Below, piece by piece: positions 1 to 12,849 of a stretch of 64,000 nucleotides of DNA. The position numbers and the translations under genes were made by a program. The notes beneath the pieces are model-generated. The model was given only the letters and a program-made list of their open reading frames with translations, made no database searches and was not told where the DNA came from. Origin of the DNA: Negaprion brevirostris (lineage: Eukaryota). Location: positions 44,020,262-44,084,261 of the forward strand of contig JARDVH010000084.1 in assembly GCA_030324005.1 (NCBI GenBank), in the 5' to 3' direction. Each line of letters opens with the position of its first letter. Within the stretch, counting starts at the first letter, position 1.

Positions 1-711
1 TTTCTTTTTTCTTTTATTTTAATAAATGTTTACATTTAAAATTTAAAATCTTCACAAAGGGAAACAATGGGATTTAAAGATGAAAGAAAAAAAGCATATT
101 TAAGGACAATTGCAAGCTATTTAGGGAGAGAATAGCCATGTAATATCCTGAATCATATGCTGTGCTTAGAGACAGCTGTGAAAGAAGCAAAATGAGCTCC
201 AATCAACCTCAGAAAAATCTTTCTTTGTTCCAGAAAACAAAGTGGTGGATCTCTTTTGTCAATTGATGGCGGGAGAAGTCTTGTGAAACACCTTCCTGGT
301 AGCAACATTGAATGTCTTTAGCAATATTATTGAAATTTCTATAGATTAAGAATCTGTAGGGACTGTGTTTAGTTGTAAGTTTAACTAAGCAGAAATCTTT
401 TGGGAACAAATATTTGGAGGACTGCTTTTAACTGTGTAAGTGCAATTGTATGTGTTTACATTTTCTTTTTGTTGATAAATGTTTTAACTTAATACTTCAA
501 ATCGCCAAAGATGGTTATTGGAACTCCTGACTTTAGTGCGCACACTTCCTTGNNNNNNNNNNNNNNNNNNNNNNNNNNNNNNNNNNNNNNNNNNNNNNNN
601 NNNNNNNNNNNNNNNNNNNNNNNNNNNNNNNNNNNNNNNNNNNNNNNNNNNNCTTACCTGGAAATTAATTTAAAGTTTAAAGTTTCTTCATTAGGCTCAC
701 ATTAACACTGC

Positions 712-855
712 AATAAGACCACAAGACATAGGAGCAGAATTAGGCCACTCAGCCCACCGAGTCTGCTCTGCCATTCAAACATGGCTGATATTTTTCTCAT
801 CCCCATTCTCCTGCCGTTTCCCCATAACCCCTGATGCCCTTATTAATCAAGAACA
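712..855 (-). mobile_element. CR1/HER1 LINE 3' tail fragment
   Basis: Typical reverse-strand CR1 3' end: ataagaccacaagacataggagcagaattaggccactcagccc...catggctgat. The same tail recurs many times in the window. Confidence 0.8.
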
Positions 856-1276
856 GCTTTCCAACTTTCCTTTTGGGATTTTGGCAGTCTAACACTTACC
901 ATCTGCCATATTGTAGCAATGAAATATTCCTGGTCCTCAAGGGTGATCAGACAAGTCAAAAGAGTATCCAACTTACCCTGTACCTCTAGTACTCAACTCT
1001 GACCTGTTGCTGCATCACGTTAGCTACAACAGAAGAGGACAATTCTATCCTATTGTGAACGTAATCATCTTAGTCACCATTGCACAGTTGCTCTCACTTT
1101 AATACTTCACACAGAATGATATGTGTTCAAACATGTCACAACCACGTAAAAGGTATTTCCTCAAAGTGGTTCATAAGCCAACGATTTGTATATGTTTGCC
1201 TAAAGCTCCCTCATAACTTACATGTGTTTCAATTTAAAAATAATCACTAGCAACTCTTTAGCCTTAACTAAAATCA

Positions 1277-1693
1277 ACATAGAAAATAGAAGCAGGAATA
1301 GGCCATTCGGCCCTTCAAGCCTGCTCCACCGTTCATTTTTATCATGGCTGATTAGCAAATTCAATATCCTGATTCCTCCTTTCTCCCCTATCTTTTGACC
1401 CTTTTAGGCCCAAGAATGATATCTAATTTCTTCTTGAAATCACACAACACTTTTCAACTACTTTCTGTGGTAGTGAATTTCACATATTCACCAGTCCCCG
1501 GGTGAAGAAATTTCTCCTCACCTCAGTTCTGAAAGGCTTATCCCTTATCATCAAACTATGACCCCTAGTTCTGGACTCGCCCACCACTGGGACCATTCAT
1601 TCTGAATCCACTATGTCTAATCCTGTTAGAATTTTATGAACTTCTGTGAGATCCCTCTCACTCTTCTAAACGCCAATGAATACAACCCTAACC
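1277..1693 (-). mobile_element. CR1 LINE 3' fragment
   Basis: acatagaaaatagaagcaggaataggccattcggccc tail followed by gggtgaagaaatttctcctca (reverse of the RRNFFTQRVV motif). Confidence 0.8.
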
Positions 1694-1834
1694 GAGATTA
1701 GTTTATTTGCTGCCGCTGCTGTTGAAAGTTACACGAGGAACAGCGAGGAAGTTATTAACTAAAATATAGATANNNNNNNNNNNNNNNNNNNNNNNNNNNN
1801 NNNNNNNNNNNNNNNNNNAATCTCTGTGAGATGT

Positions 1835-1931
1835 CAAAAGAAACAATGCTGGAAAATCTCAGCGGGTCCGGCAGCATCTGTAAGGAGAGAAAAGTGCTGA
1901 TGTTTCGAGTCCAGATACCCCTTTGTCAAAG
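1835..1931 (-). mobile_element. Penelope-like element terminal repeat (family B) with decayed minimal hammerhead motif
   Basis: Minus strand reads agct-TTGACAA-a-ggggtatctggactc-GAAA-ca-TC-agc...acagatgctgccggacccgctgagattttccagcatt. Flanked by a near-perfect 13-bp TSD, ctctgtgagatgt (1822-1834) / ctctatgagatgt (1932-1944). Confidence 0.75.
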
Positions 1932-2367
1932 CTCTATGAGATGTTGTTGCTTGAATTCCTTCTTTCTGAAGTGAAGAATTGAAATTGATGTTCAGTTTAG
2001 CAGCCCCATACTAACTCCCAGTGGCAGAGAGAAACACAGTTCCCATATGATGTTCACTGTGAACTCGACGGAGAGCTGTACACTGGGACTAACTTCCTGA
2101 AGCCAAAACGTTTTTTTGCACTTTTTAAAGATTCAATATACATTCCCAGAGGACTCTTGGCATTTTAATGACTCTTCATAATCAGCTCTAGAGAGAATAG
2201 TCTGACAAGGTTCAAACAAACGCAAAAAGGTACCAGGTTATCTGTCCGTATTTCCATTTTGAAGGAGGTTTGAAAACAGAAATATGTCTTTAAAACAGTT
2301 GTCCTTAAAATCTTTGGTATCATAATTATATGTCTTTAACAGCTCCAAGACTTAGTACAATCTAACA

Positions 2368-2455
2368 GTCCAGTGCAGTACAAGTGGAGTGTTTCACTGT
2401 CAGAGCGCCATCTTTCAAATGAGGCCTGGTCACCCTCTCGGGAGCAAAAGGTCTT
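2368..2455 (+). mobile_element. Deu-SINE (SacSINE1/AmnSINE1-like) fragment
   Basis: ccagtgcagtacaagtggagtgtttcactgtcagagcgccatctttcaaatgag resembles the SacSINE1 core and the copy at 18205-19940. Confidence 0.55.
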
Positions 2456-2459
2456 AAGA

Positions 2460-3290
2460 CGCAAAATAATCCTGCTTCAGACACCATTAAGTAGGCTTTA
2501 TATTCTAGTGTACATTAACTGCAAATCTTTATTAACAACTCTAACTATGTACATATTTTCAGTAGAAGGTCCAAGTGTGGAGCTGGGTCCAGTCTAATTC
2601 TTTACCCATCTCTAGACTGGTGCTAACGTTGGGTCATGTGCCTACTTAATCAGTGTGTGGGTGACACTGCACTCAGTCGCACATTAACCCTTTATGTATC
2701 AGACCCTATTACTAAACTTTCCCCAAGCTTTTATCCCAGGAATGTAGAGTTACTTTAGTTTACTTTCAACTCTTATGTTGTTATAAGTCTTGGGCATTAA
2801 TGCTATTTTAATGTTACTTTAACATTTTTGCTGTTACAGTATTAACACTAATAACATTCTCACTACGCCATCTCCCCCTTTATGTTCTTGAAGTTCGTGG
2901 TTCAGATGGTCTGGAATCCTTATAACCCTTCCAAATCTCATTCACTGTTCTGTCAGGAGAGTGGTAGGCTCTAGTGTTCCTTGTTCTTGTTGTTAGCTTG
3001 GATGTTGAACTGGAGCTTCGGTATGGCTACATCCATTTCTGCCATTGCTTGAGGTTAAGCCTGGTTGATCTGGCTGGTTTGGCAGTGTATGGTTGTTGTT
3101 TGTCTTAATTGGGGTGGACGGAAACGGTATTTGTCTACTTGCTGGCGCTTTTCCTTCTTTCTATTCCCTTTAGGCTATCTGGAAGCTCTCTGACAAGATT
3201 GGGAAGCATTTTCACCTCTGATTTTTGTTGATAATGGTGCACAACTGCTACCAGATTCCACATCCCTTTTGGCACGTTGGCTGGAAGTTA
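2460..3290 (-). mobile_element. Decayed Gypsy-type LTR retrotransposon 3' end (pol C-terminus, PPT, LTR)
   Basis: Minus strand 2938-2900 encodes RFGRVIRIPDHLN (like the RSGRxxRPPxRL end of Gypsy pol). It is followed by the polypurine tract aaagggggaga-TG near 2870 and an LTR-like segment containing AATAAA. Confidence 0.5.
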
Positions 3291-4469
3291 CTGTGCACTC
3301 ACAGTGGTCCACCAATTGTATCATCATCATTTTGGAAGAAGCTGTTTCTCAAACCTTGGAATTCTTCCCTGTTACCACTTCTACCAGAGGTTTTATGGTA
3401 ACTTCATGTGCAGTAGGTTGGTCTGACCATCAGAGACGTTCCAGGACCTGGAATGATGATGAATATACCTGGCCCTCAAAAGTAGAGAGAAATCACAGTT
3501 GAAATCAGAGCCTGAATAGCCTTTAGTGTTTGAAGACTCGGGGCTGTGCTGTTCCAGACCACCTGAACCTCTAACATTAAGGACATAAAGGGGGAGATGA
3601 CGGACTGAGAATATTGCTAGTATTAATATAATAACAGCATTATGTTCACTGTTGTTAATGGCAGTGGTAGTTTTGACATTTACCACTGCTAGAGAAGATC
3701 AAGGGCCAGACAATAACATTACTAAGAAGAGAAAAAGGCCAATTGTTGACTGACATACATGAGCTCAAAGATCTATCTGGTGCCATAACTCATAGTTCAA
3801 GGATCATGTTAATGACTGGGAGTAAGACTCCCCCTGCTCCACACAGTGGAGAGCCTGTCATTCAAATCCAAAGATTTGGAATCATGTCTCCTTCTCCAAC
3901 AGGATTGTCACCATGGCACCTGAATCCAATTTAAATTTTGTTTAGATGATCAGGATATCAGCATTGCAATACAAAGAACACATTCTCTGTGTCCCTGTCT
4001 GTGCATTGTCAGGAACACTTTGATCACAGAAAATGACTTATCTTCAGGGACTGAGAACATTCTGGATGAATTTGTGGTTTAAAAGTCACTATTCTTTAAA
4101 GGGTTAATACAGGGCTTTGATTTCCACCTCTGGGGAAGAAAAAACATCCTTTTACAAAAACAGGTAATTAGGCAGTATTAAAAGAGCAGGAAATCTCCAA
4201 ACCCTGGTGGACTGTGCACAAAGAGGGTTACATGGTAGTTTATGACTCTGAAAAAAAAATGCCTGGAAACTGTGTTTAAAAACTTGGTTTTGCTTTTAGT
4301 AGAAGGAGGACCAACTGCTGGGCATGACTGGGGCTGATGTCCTGGGGGAGTACTTGTGAGAATGATTGGGGAAGGTTGAAACTATAATGGCAGGGGTATT
4401 GGAACCTACGGAGTCAGAGGAGGGAGAAACCAGGATAAGAACAAAAGACAGAAAGGGGACTAAGAAAGC

Positions 4470-4880
4470 AGGAGCAGGAATGTCTTGCTGCAATCATACA
4501 GGGGCTTGGTGAGGCCGCATCTGGAATATGGTGTGCAGCTTTGGTTTCCTTATCTGAGGAAGGAAGTTCTTGCTACAGAGGGAGTAAAGATTTATCAGAC
4601 TGATTCCTGGGATAGCGGGGCTGACATACAAGGAAAGATTGAGATGGTTAGGATTGTGTTTACTGGAGTTTAGAAGAATGTGGGGCATCTGATAGAAACC
4701 TATAAAATTCTAACAGGCCTTGACAGGGTAAATGCAAGAAGGATGTTCCCGATGGTGGAGGTGGCCAGAGGCAAAGGAAACAGGGTAAATCTTTTAAGAC
4801 TGAGATGAGGAGAAATTTCTTCATCCAGAGGATGGTAAGCCTGTGGAATTCGCTACCACAGGAAGCAGTTGAGGCCGAAA
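4470..4880 (+). mobile_element. CR1 LINE ORF2 C-terminal fragment
   Basis: ORF 4485-4673 YRGLVRPHLEYGVQLWFPYLRKEV is the CR1 LVRPHLEYCVQFWSP motif. Confidence 0.88.
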
Positions 4881-4882
4881 AA

Positions 4883-5270
4883 TTGATTTGATTTGATTTA
4901 TTATTGTTACATGTATTACCATACAGTGAAAAGTATTGTTTCTTGCGCACTATATAGACAAAGCATTACATTCACGGAGAAGGAAACAAGAAAGTGCAGA
5001 ATGTAGTGTTACAGTTATAGCTAGGGTGTGGAGAAAGATCAACTTAATGTGAGGTAGGCCCATTCAAAAGTCTGATGGCAGCATGGAAGAAGCTGTTATG
5101 GAGTTGGTTGGTATGTGACCTTAGGCTTTTGCATCTTTTTCTCAAAGAAGGTGGAAGAGAGAATGTCCGAGGTATGTGGGGTCCTTCATTACACTGGCTG
5201 CTTTGCCAATTCAGTGGAAAGTGTAGACAGAGTCAATGGATGGGAGATGGTTGGTATGGCCTTACAAGTC
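4883..5270 (-). mobile_element. Rex1/Babar-type LINE 3' end
   Basis: Reverse complement of the 3' end at 45250-45612, including the (atcaa)n tail seen here as ttgatttgatttgattt. Confidence 0.75.
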
Positions 5271-6300
5271 TTCATTGTGGGTGAGGAAAGCCTCATCAGA
5301 ACTACTGGACTCCCTTTTCTTTTGTACTTTTGACATATCCTGGAAAAGACTGGGATTTTTTTTTCTTCTGCTGTTGGTGCTGTTGGAGTAGGGGGAATGT
5401 GCACTGGTATATATCTGGGTGTGGTCAGCTAATCCTTGGATATCTGACCTTTCTTGGGTTGGTCTATATTTATTTGGCTGCACGAATAGTGACAGAGATT
5501 ACTTGATTTCTTGGCTCATGGAATGTACAGTGGGCATATTATCTTGCTGTCGGGATTTCTTTAATGAGGGGAAATGGGTGGAATCTCAAAGATAGCAGTG
5601 CCTCTGGGTTGTCTAGAGATAGGAGTAGTTTGCTATGCTCAATGTATAAGAGTGAGGGGAGTATCCTCTGATGGTGGCCCTTATTGTAGTGTGTCACTGA
5701 TCCTAGTTTAGCTTGATTGATTTGGTTAGGGCAGTTGTAACTGCACTTATCTGGGTCAGGTGGAACGTTTGTTGGACAGGGATATGGGTCACCCTCTCCT
5801 GAGATGTTCTCTTTTGGGGATTATTTGCCTTCCTGAGTCTTGGTTTCCCTGGAGTTGTAGTGTCCTATTGGCTCTGGAGCCTTCGTTTGAGTGCTTCAGT
5901 TCAGCATTGTTAGACTCTTTCTTGGGCTGGATGGATGAGGTCACCTCTGTCGAGTGGTCTCTTCTAGGGACTGCCAGACTGTCCCCCTTCTTGAGGCTTG
6001 GACTTCATGGAGCAGGCAATATCCTGTTTTTTTAATGAGGTTATTCTGTTTTGATCCTGTTATCCTTTCTGTCAAAGTGTACATGGCTAGACCACATCTG
6101 GTGTCTTTTGGAAATTCCTGGTGTTCCTCTCTCTCTCTGGGGTTCTTTATCTGGGTTGGGGAGGTACACTGCCACATCTTGTGCCGATGGTGGAATCTAT
6201 NNNNNNNNNNNNNNNNNNNNNNNNNNNNNNNNNNNNNNNNNNNNNNNNNNNNNNNNNNNNNNNNNNNNNNNNNNNNNNNNNNNNNNNNNNNNNNNNNNNN

Positions 6301-7020
6301 CAGGAAATATAAACAATCAATAGATGGGAGGCTACTTTGCGTGATGAATTGGGCTACATTCACCACCTTATGTAGTTTCTTGGGGTCTTGGGAAGAGCAG
6401 GAGCCATGTCAAGCTGTGATACAACCAGAAAGAATGCTTTCTATGGTACATCTGTAAAAATTGGTGAGAGTCATAGCTGACATGCCAAATTTCTTTAGTC
6501 TTCTGAGAAAATAGAGGTGTTATTGGGCTTTCTTAACTATAGTGTCGGCATGGAGGGACCAGGATAGGTTGTTGGTGATCTGGACACCTAAAAACTGAAA
6601 GTTTTGACTCTTTCTACTTCGTCCCTGTTGATGTAGACAGGTGCATGCTCTGTTCTACACTCCTTGAAGTCGATGACAATCTCCTTCGTTCCATTGACAT
6701 TATTGTTGCCACACCAGTTCACCAGATTCCCTATCTCACTCCTGTACTCTGTCTCATCATTACTTGAGATCCGACCCAATACAGTAGTGTCATCAGCAAA
6801 CTTGAAAATGAGGTTGAAGGGGAATTTGACCACACAGCCATAGATGTATAAGGAGTATAGTAGGGGACAGAGAACACAGCCTTGTAGGGGACCAGTGTTG
6901 AGGATGATCGTGGAGGAAGTGTTGTTGTCTATTCTTATTGATTGTGGCCTGTGAGTTAAGAAGTTCAGGGTCCAGTTACAGAGGCAGGAGCTGAAGCCTA
7001 AGCCACGGAGTTTAGATATG
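6301..7020 (-). mobile_element. Rex1/Babar-type LINE reverse transcriptase fragment
   Basis: ORF 6588-7088 includes [67 protein letters not shown], with RT motifs B and C of Rex1-like elements. Confidence 0.88.
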
Positions 7021-7640
7021 GGCATGGAGAATCGCGTGCGGGCCGAACAGTTATTCCACACCCAGTGTCTTCCAGCCCTGTCCAGCATGTTCCCCTACCC
7101 CTTTCCCAACATGGAACACTGGCATTGGGGCATAGGAGCCCCTCCAATAGGTCCTACCTACATGCCCACCTTCATGTCACCTTCATGTTATGCCCCTGCA
7201 TGAGCCCCCACCTCAGGCACAACCCTCACTCAGCCCATGCCTTTTGGCAGTGTCCTTGGCACATGGGTAGAGCTCATCTGACACTGCCAGGGGCTGGATG
7301 GGTATTGCCCAGCCACATCCCTGAACCCCTAGTGCCTCAATGGCCTCCGCTGGTGGAGACCAGTAGAGATTCTCACCGGCCTCACACCGCGCCCAAAGGT
7401 TGTTAGGTCCCGGGTGCTGGGAGGATTCAGTTTCAAAAGATAATAGAGATTTAAATGCTACTTTCAATATGCTGATTGGCCTCACACCCTTTCTGGGCCC
7501 AGTCTGGTTTACACCATCAGAAATGGACGGGGCCAATTGCAAACCGTTTGGTGCCAGGCACTGAACTGATCTTTAGACCACTTTTTTCCAGGATCGGCGG
7601 GATCTGCGCTACGTACAGTGAGGTGGGAAAGCCGTCCCCT
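7021..7640. mobile_element. GC-rich putative non-autonomous DNA transposon (Harbinger-like)
   Basis: GC/CpG-rich block ending gtgggaaagccgtcccc-ta, similar in style to the other Harbinger-like ends in the window. No coding evidence. Confidence 0.35.
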
Positions 7641-9240
7641 ATTGTCAAGTGAAGAGTATGTTTGACATGCAGCAGCAGCAGTGGGGCCAGCAAGCAAGCA
7701 AGTCAAATATATTTAAATGTTCACACACTGCAAATCATAAAGTTAAAAGCACACCAGACCCTCCCAGATTAAGATTTTAGAAAGTAAAAGATTTTATTAT
7801 GTTTGGATTCAGATAGAACTTAAAATAAAGATAAACGTTTACAAAAAGAATAAAATTTATTTTTTTGATTTGAAATTTTGTTTGATGTTTTGGATAATGT
7901 TGATTTTCACTCATAAAGTTAGCTTTTCAGTGCCAATGAGAGGGTTGTGCAGTATTTATTGAAGATACAATTCCTGTTACACTTCATGCGACAAGGGTTT
8001 TTTTTTAGCAAAACCAACAGCTTCAGAATGGACCTTCATGTCAATTCAATTGATTTCCATTAATTGCAGTGTGAAGGACCTCAACAGTGCACTGTCTTGA
8101 GAAGCATAGAATCAATGACAGCAAGCTTTGTGTCTTTTAATTATTGTGCGTAGGTGTAGACAGCAGAAATTTGTGTCAGTTTCGCTGGACTAATGATGAC
8201 CAACACTGATAGTTTCACTGTTATTACCACAGCAAAATCCAGACTATGTCAGCAGAAAAACAAATGGCAAGTTGATATTTTCATCAGGATTTGGATATAC
8301 CTAGCCTTTAAATTTAGCTGTAATTATTTTGTTCTCTTTTGTAGCAGCAGTCAACTCTTTTATATTTATCAACGTTATCGATGCGGCCACAACTCCTTGG
8401 GTGCAATGTTACAAAAAAATTTCTAAATGCCAAACGAGTGAGAAAAAGGGGGAGAGTGGCATCCATTTTTTCAGCAAGCCATGAGTTGTGATCTGACAGT
8501 ATTCATTGTGAAAAAAGAGAGCCTTGCCATTCTCACCAGTGACGGGGGTGGGGGGGAACATAAGGCCGCCAGCGAAGCCATCTGCAGACGCTTGGGATGC
8601 CATTGCACAAGTGTCTTGATCTCCCTGTGCCAACACCCCCCCATCCCCATAGACATTACCCCCCACCCTGGTGATTGCTCCCTGCGCTGATCACCCCCAT
8701 CAATCAGCCCCCGTCTGCAGAGTTTCCCTCCCACCAATCACCCCCACCCCCTGCAGATCTACANNNNNNNNNNNNNNNNNNNNNNNNNNNNNNNNNNNNN
8801 NNNNNNNNNNNNNNNNNNNNNNNNNNNNNNNNNNNNNNNNNNNNNNNNNNNNNNNNNNNNNNNNNNNNNNNNNNNNNNNNNNNNNNNNNNNNNNNNNNNN
8901 NNNNNNNNNNNNNNNNNNNNNNNNNNNNNNNNNNNNNTGACCACCTTGAGGCTTCAGTGGCCTCCAATACCTCAGGGGTGATCGTCACATCTGGTCCCAG
9001 TTGGTTAAGTCCATGAGTGATTCTCTTCGATGAGACATCTCGCTGACAAGAGAGGGAAATAGCTGGGAGGCCGGAAACGGCTGTGCCAGGTGTGTTAGTG
9101 ACTTGGGCGCTGGCAGAACACAGCCAGGAAGATGGCTTTTGATGTGAGATCAATTGATTGGTGCAGCAGGCCGGAAAGATCATGTCCCTTGTCTCGATAT
9201 AGCCCTCAAGAGGCTTCACATGACTTTTCAAATAAACTTT

Positions 9241-9367
9241 GGCTGGAATTTTACTAGCACGCTGGCCCGAGGCTCATAAGATTGCACCCAAGGCCAACAG
9301 AGAATGTCGTTTTGTGAGCTTCGGCCACCCCGAATTTCAGGATGGGGGTGCCGGTAGACTCAGGGCC
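9241..9367 (+). mobile_element. Short MITE (about 125 bp), Harbinger-like TIR
   Basis: Begins ggctggaattttac and is clearly homologous to 56620-56727 (gcccgaggctc.taagat...ggccaa..gagaatg). Confidence 0.6.
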
Positions 9368-9384
9368 TTTGAGTCCAAGCCATG

Positions 9385-9850
9385 TAATTAGGTCACACTT
9401 GGTCAAAGAGCTATGTTTTAAGGAGCATTCTAGAAGAAGAAAGAAAGGCAGAAAATCAGAGAGGATTAGGGAGNNNNNNNNNNNNNNNNNNNNNNNNNNN
9501 NNNNNNNNNNNNNNNNNNNNNNNNNNNNNNNNNNNNNNNNNNNNNNNNNNNNNNNNNNNNNNNNNNNNNNNNNATCAGAGAGGATTAGGGAGGGAATTCC
9601 AGAGCTCAGGACTCGGGCAACTGAAGGCAAGGCCACCAATGATGGAGCAATTAAAATCGAGGATGTGCAAAACATCAAGCATTAGGGAAGCACAGAAATC
9701 TTGGGAATGTGTAGGGATGGTGAGGTTACAGTGATGGGAAATGATGAAGCCATAGGAGGATTTGAAAACAGGAGTGAGAATTTTAACATTGAGCTGTTGT
9801 CAGACTGGGAGCTAGTTTGGCGATGGGTGAATGGGGTCTTGGTATGTGTG
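9385..9850 (-). mobile_element. L2 LINE 3' fragment (spans a gap)
   Basis: ttggtcaaagag...ttttaaggagcatt...gggagggaattccagagc is homologous to 31410-31575, which encodes an L2 C-terminus. Confidence 0.65.
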
Positions 9851-12559
9851 TTAGGATATGGGGGAGTCTTGCATTATAATTCTTACACCTGAATTTCTCA
9901 GTATTAAGAGGAAAGCAATAGTATTACACTATTACCATATGCTCTGGATTTTAATCTATTTCCTGTCAAATATTGTGACTATCTAAACCACTCTGGTAAA
10001 ACTTCATTGGTTGTAGCCTAGGTCACAAGGTGGCAAACCTCAGGATGGTACAGTGCTCCATTTTAAAGGAGTTTGGTTGGCAGGGGAATATTTCTTAACG
10101 CATGATGCAAATTTCCTATAAATTAAAGTGAAGAGCAGTCTGCAGTATGAATATGACTATTTTCATTTATATATATATATCATTGGTCAACCTAGATGAA
10201 GTAATGGCTGATGCAATGACAGAATAATAGAATGAGAAAAAAAATCATCTAAATTCACTAATCATCACAGAGCTCTATGTTTGAGTTTTAAAACCTTTAG
10301 GAGAAAAGGAGAAGTGATTGAAATAAATCAGTTTGCAATTTTGAGTTATTTGAACAAAATCAGTTTGAGTAAGAGATGGAGTCATGAATCTGAGCGATAA
10401 AGCGTGGAGGAAGAAGAATTGTTGACCATCTATCATTAACATTGAGTTTTAACCACAAAATCGGCCCGGGGTTTCTTATTTATTCCTAGAGGAACCAGAC
10501 TTTCTCCTGGATGTGATTCCAGCATGGGAAAATGTCTGTTGATGACCTCTGCCAATGACCTCCACCGCAGGGCAACAGTAGCGAATTGGAAGAATAGATT
10601 GAAGCCTTGTTTTTCATTCTGTATCTTCCTGTGATGTTGGTGCAGCAGTGATTACATCCTAGAGCTTTTTAAAGAAAAAAATAAATGGCATTCAAATATA
10701 TCTGTTTATTTTTCCTACCTAGAAGTGCACTCCCATTTGAATTCAGCCAGAACAATCCAAACGCAGGTTTAAACTGCTTGAATGCTGATATCAAAGCTGC
10801 ATNNNNNNNNNNNNNNNNNNNNNNNNNNNNNNNNNNNNNNNNNNNNNNNNNNNNNNNNNNNNNNNNNNNNNNNNNNNNNNNNNNNNNNNNNNNNNNNNNN
10901 NNNNNNNNNNNNNNNNNNNNNNNNNNNNNNNNNNNNNNNNNNNNNNNNNNNNNNNNNNNNNNNNNNNNNNNNNNNNNNNNNNNNNNNNNNNNNNNNNNNN
11001 NNNNNNNNNNNNNNNNNNNNNNNNNNNNNNNNNNNNNNNNNNNNNNNNNNNNNNNNNNNNNNNNNNNNNNNNNNNNNNNNNNNNNNNNNNNNNNNNNNNN
11101 NNNNNNNNNNNNNNNNNNNNNNNNNNNNNNNNNNNNNNNNNNNNNNNNNNNNNNNNNNNNNNNNNNNNNNNNNNNNNNNNNNNNNNNNNNNNNNNNNNNN
11201 NNNNNNNNNNNNNNNNNNNNNNNNNNNNNNNNNNNNNNNNNNNNNNNNNNNNNNNNNNNNNNNNNNNNNNNNNNNNNNNNNNNNNNNNNNNNNNNNNNNN
11301 NNNNNNNNNNNNNNNNNNNNNNNNNNNNNNNNNNNNNNNNNNNNNNNNNNNNNNNNNNNNNNNNNNNNNNNNNNNNNNNNNNNNNNNNNNNNNNNNNNNN
11401 NNNNNNNNNNNNNNNNNNNNNNNNNNNNNNNNNNNNNNNNNNNNNNNNNNNNNNNNNNNNNNNNNNNNNNNNNNNNNNNNNNNNNNNNNNNNNNNNNNNN
11501 NNNNNNNNNNNNNNNNNNNNNNNNNNNNNNNNNNNNNNNNNNNNNNNNNNNNNNNNNNNNNNNNNNNNNNNNNNNNNNNNNNNNNNNNNNNNNNNNNNNN
11601 NNNNNNNNNNNNNNNNNNNNNNNNNNNNNNNNNNNNNNNNNNNNNNNNNNATAATACCTTTGTACCCTAGGATAAAGTGTGCAAAAAGGTCAGCCAGGAT
11701 TCCAATCCTGATTTCCATCCAAATCTGGGTGGATGTTCAACCAGTAGCTCTGCATTTCTCACCTGAAAAACAGGTAATCTGCAATGGAAGGATAGCCTAA
11801 ACTGAGCATGTTAGACCTCTTTTGACCACCATTTTAGCCAGATATTTTTTATGGCTGAAGAGTATTTGCATCTAAAACATTCAGTCAGCTTTATGTAGCT
11901 GCAAATCAAAATCCTGCTTCAGTTTTAGAAGCTCCTATTACCATTTTAATGTACAAATGGGTAGAGCATGTGCCATGTTCACATGTACTCAAAGGAACTG
12001 ATGGAAGCCTCTCAGGAAAAGACACATTTTAGGCCTTTTGTTTTAAAGATTTTTGTGGGACCAGGAAGAACCGTCATGTCCTTTCTGGCCATACAAAAAT
12101 CTTGTTACCATACTATCAGCCTGTTCTGTACCCTTACAAGATCTCTTCCCCCGTTTCCAATAGGTCCCATCTGTCGGCCAGCTCCATGCATAAGGCACCA
12201 ATTTTCCAGCAAATTAGTTTCTGTGTGGTGCGAACCCTTTACTGATAAAATTCAAAGAAGGTCTGATTTTGAAAATGGATGAGCCTCCTCACAGGGCAGG
12301 TGCTGTGAGAAGAATCAAAACTTTCAAGCAATAAGGGAGAACTCTGAAAGAAAATATCTTTCACTGCCTTCCATACAATAAGGGTCAGTACTGAGGGAGT
12401 ATTGCATTGTCAGAGGGTAATGAATTACACTGATTATTTCATATCATGGATTAAAAACAAAGTTATCTCATGATTGAGGGATTTTGTCAGTCTGACTAAT
12501 TATGCTCATTTATTGTCAGTTGGCCTCACTTTCCCTCTCTTGTTTTCGTTCTCATGTTT

Positions 12560-12849
12560 AAACTTTATCTATCAGTGTCACAAGTAGACCTACATTAACA
12601 CTGCAGTGCAGTTATTGTGACAATCCCCTAGTTGCCACACTCTGATGCCTGTTCAGGTACAATGAGGGAGAATTTAGCATGGGCAGTGCACCGAATCGGC
12701 ACATCTTTTGGACAATGGGAGGAAACCGGAGTACCCAGAGGAAACCCATGGCACAAGGAGAACGTGCAGACACACAGTGAACGAAGCCAGGAATCGAACT
12801 CAGGTCCCCAGCGCTGCGAGGCAGCATTGCTAGCCACTGTGCCACCCCC
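12560..12849 (-). mobile_element. tRNA-derived V-SINE (HE1-like), tail type A
   Basis: Minus strand head ggtggcacagtggctagcaatgctgcctcgcagcgctggggacctgagttcgattcctggc (Pol III A/B boxes), V-domain gggtttcctctgggtactccggtttcctccca, tail actaggggattgtcaca...gtgttaatgtaggtctacttgtgaca. Confidence 0.85.

Noticed and set aside
10669-11800. Long ORFs of 290-371 aa (also 14630-15188 and 60030-60787)
   Set aside because: They consist almost entirely of N-gap (X) residues.
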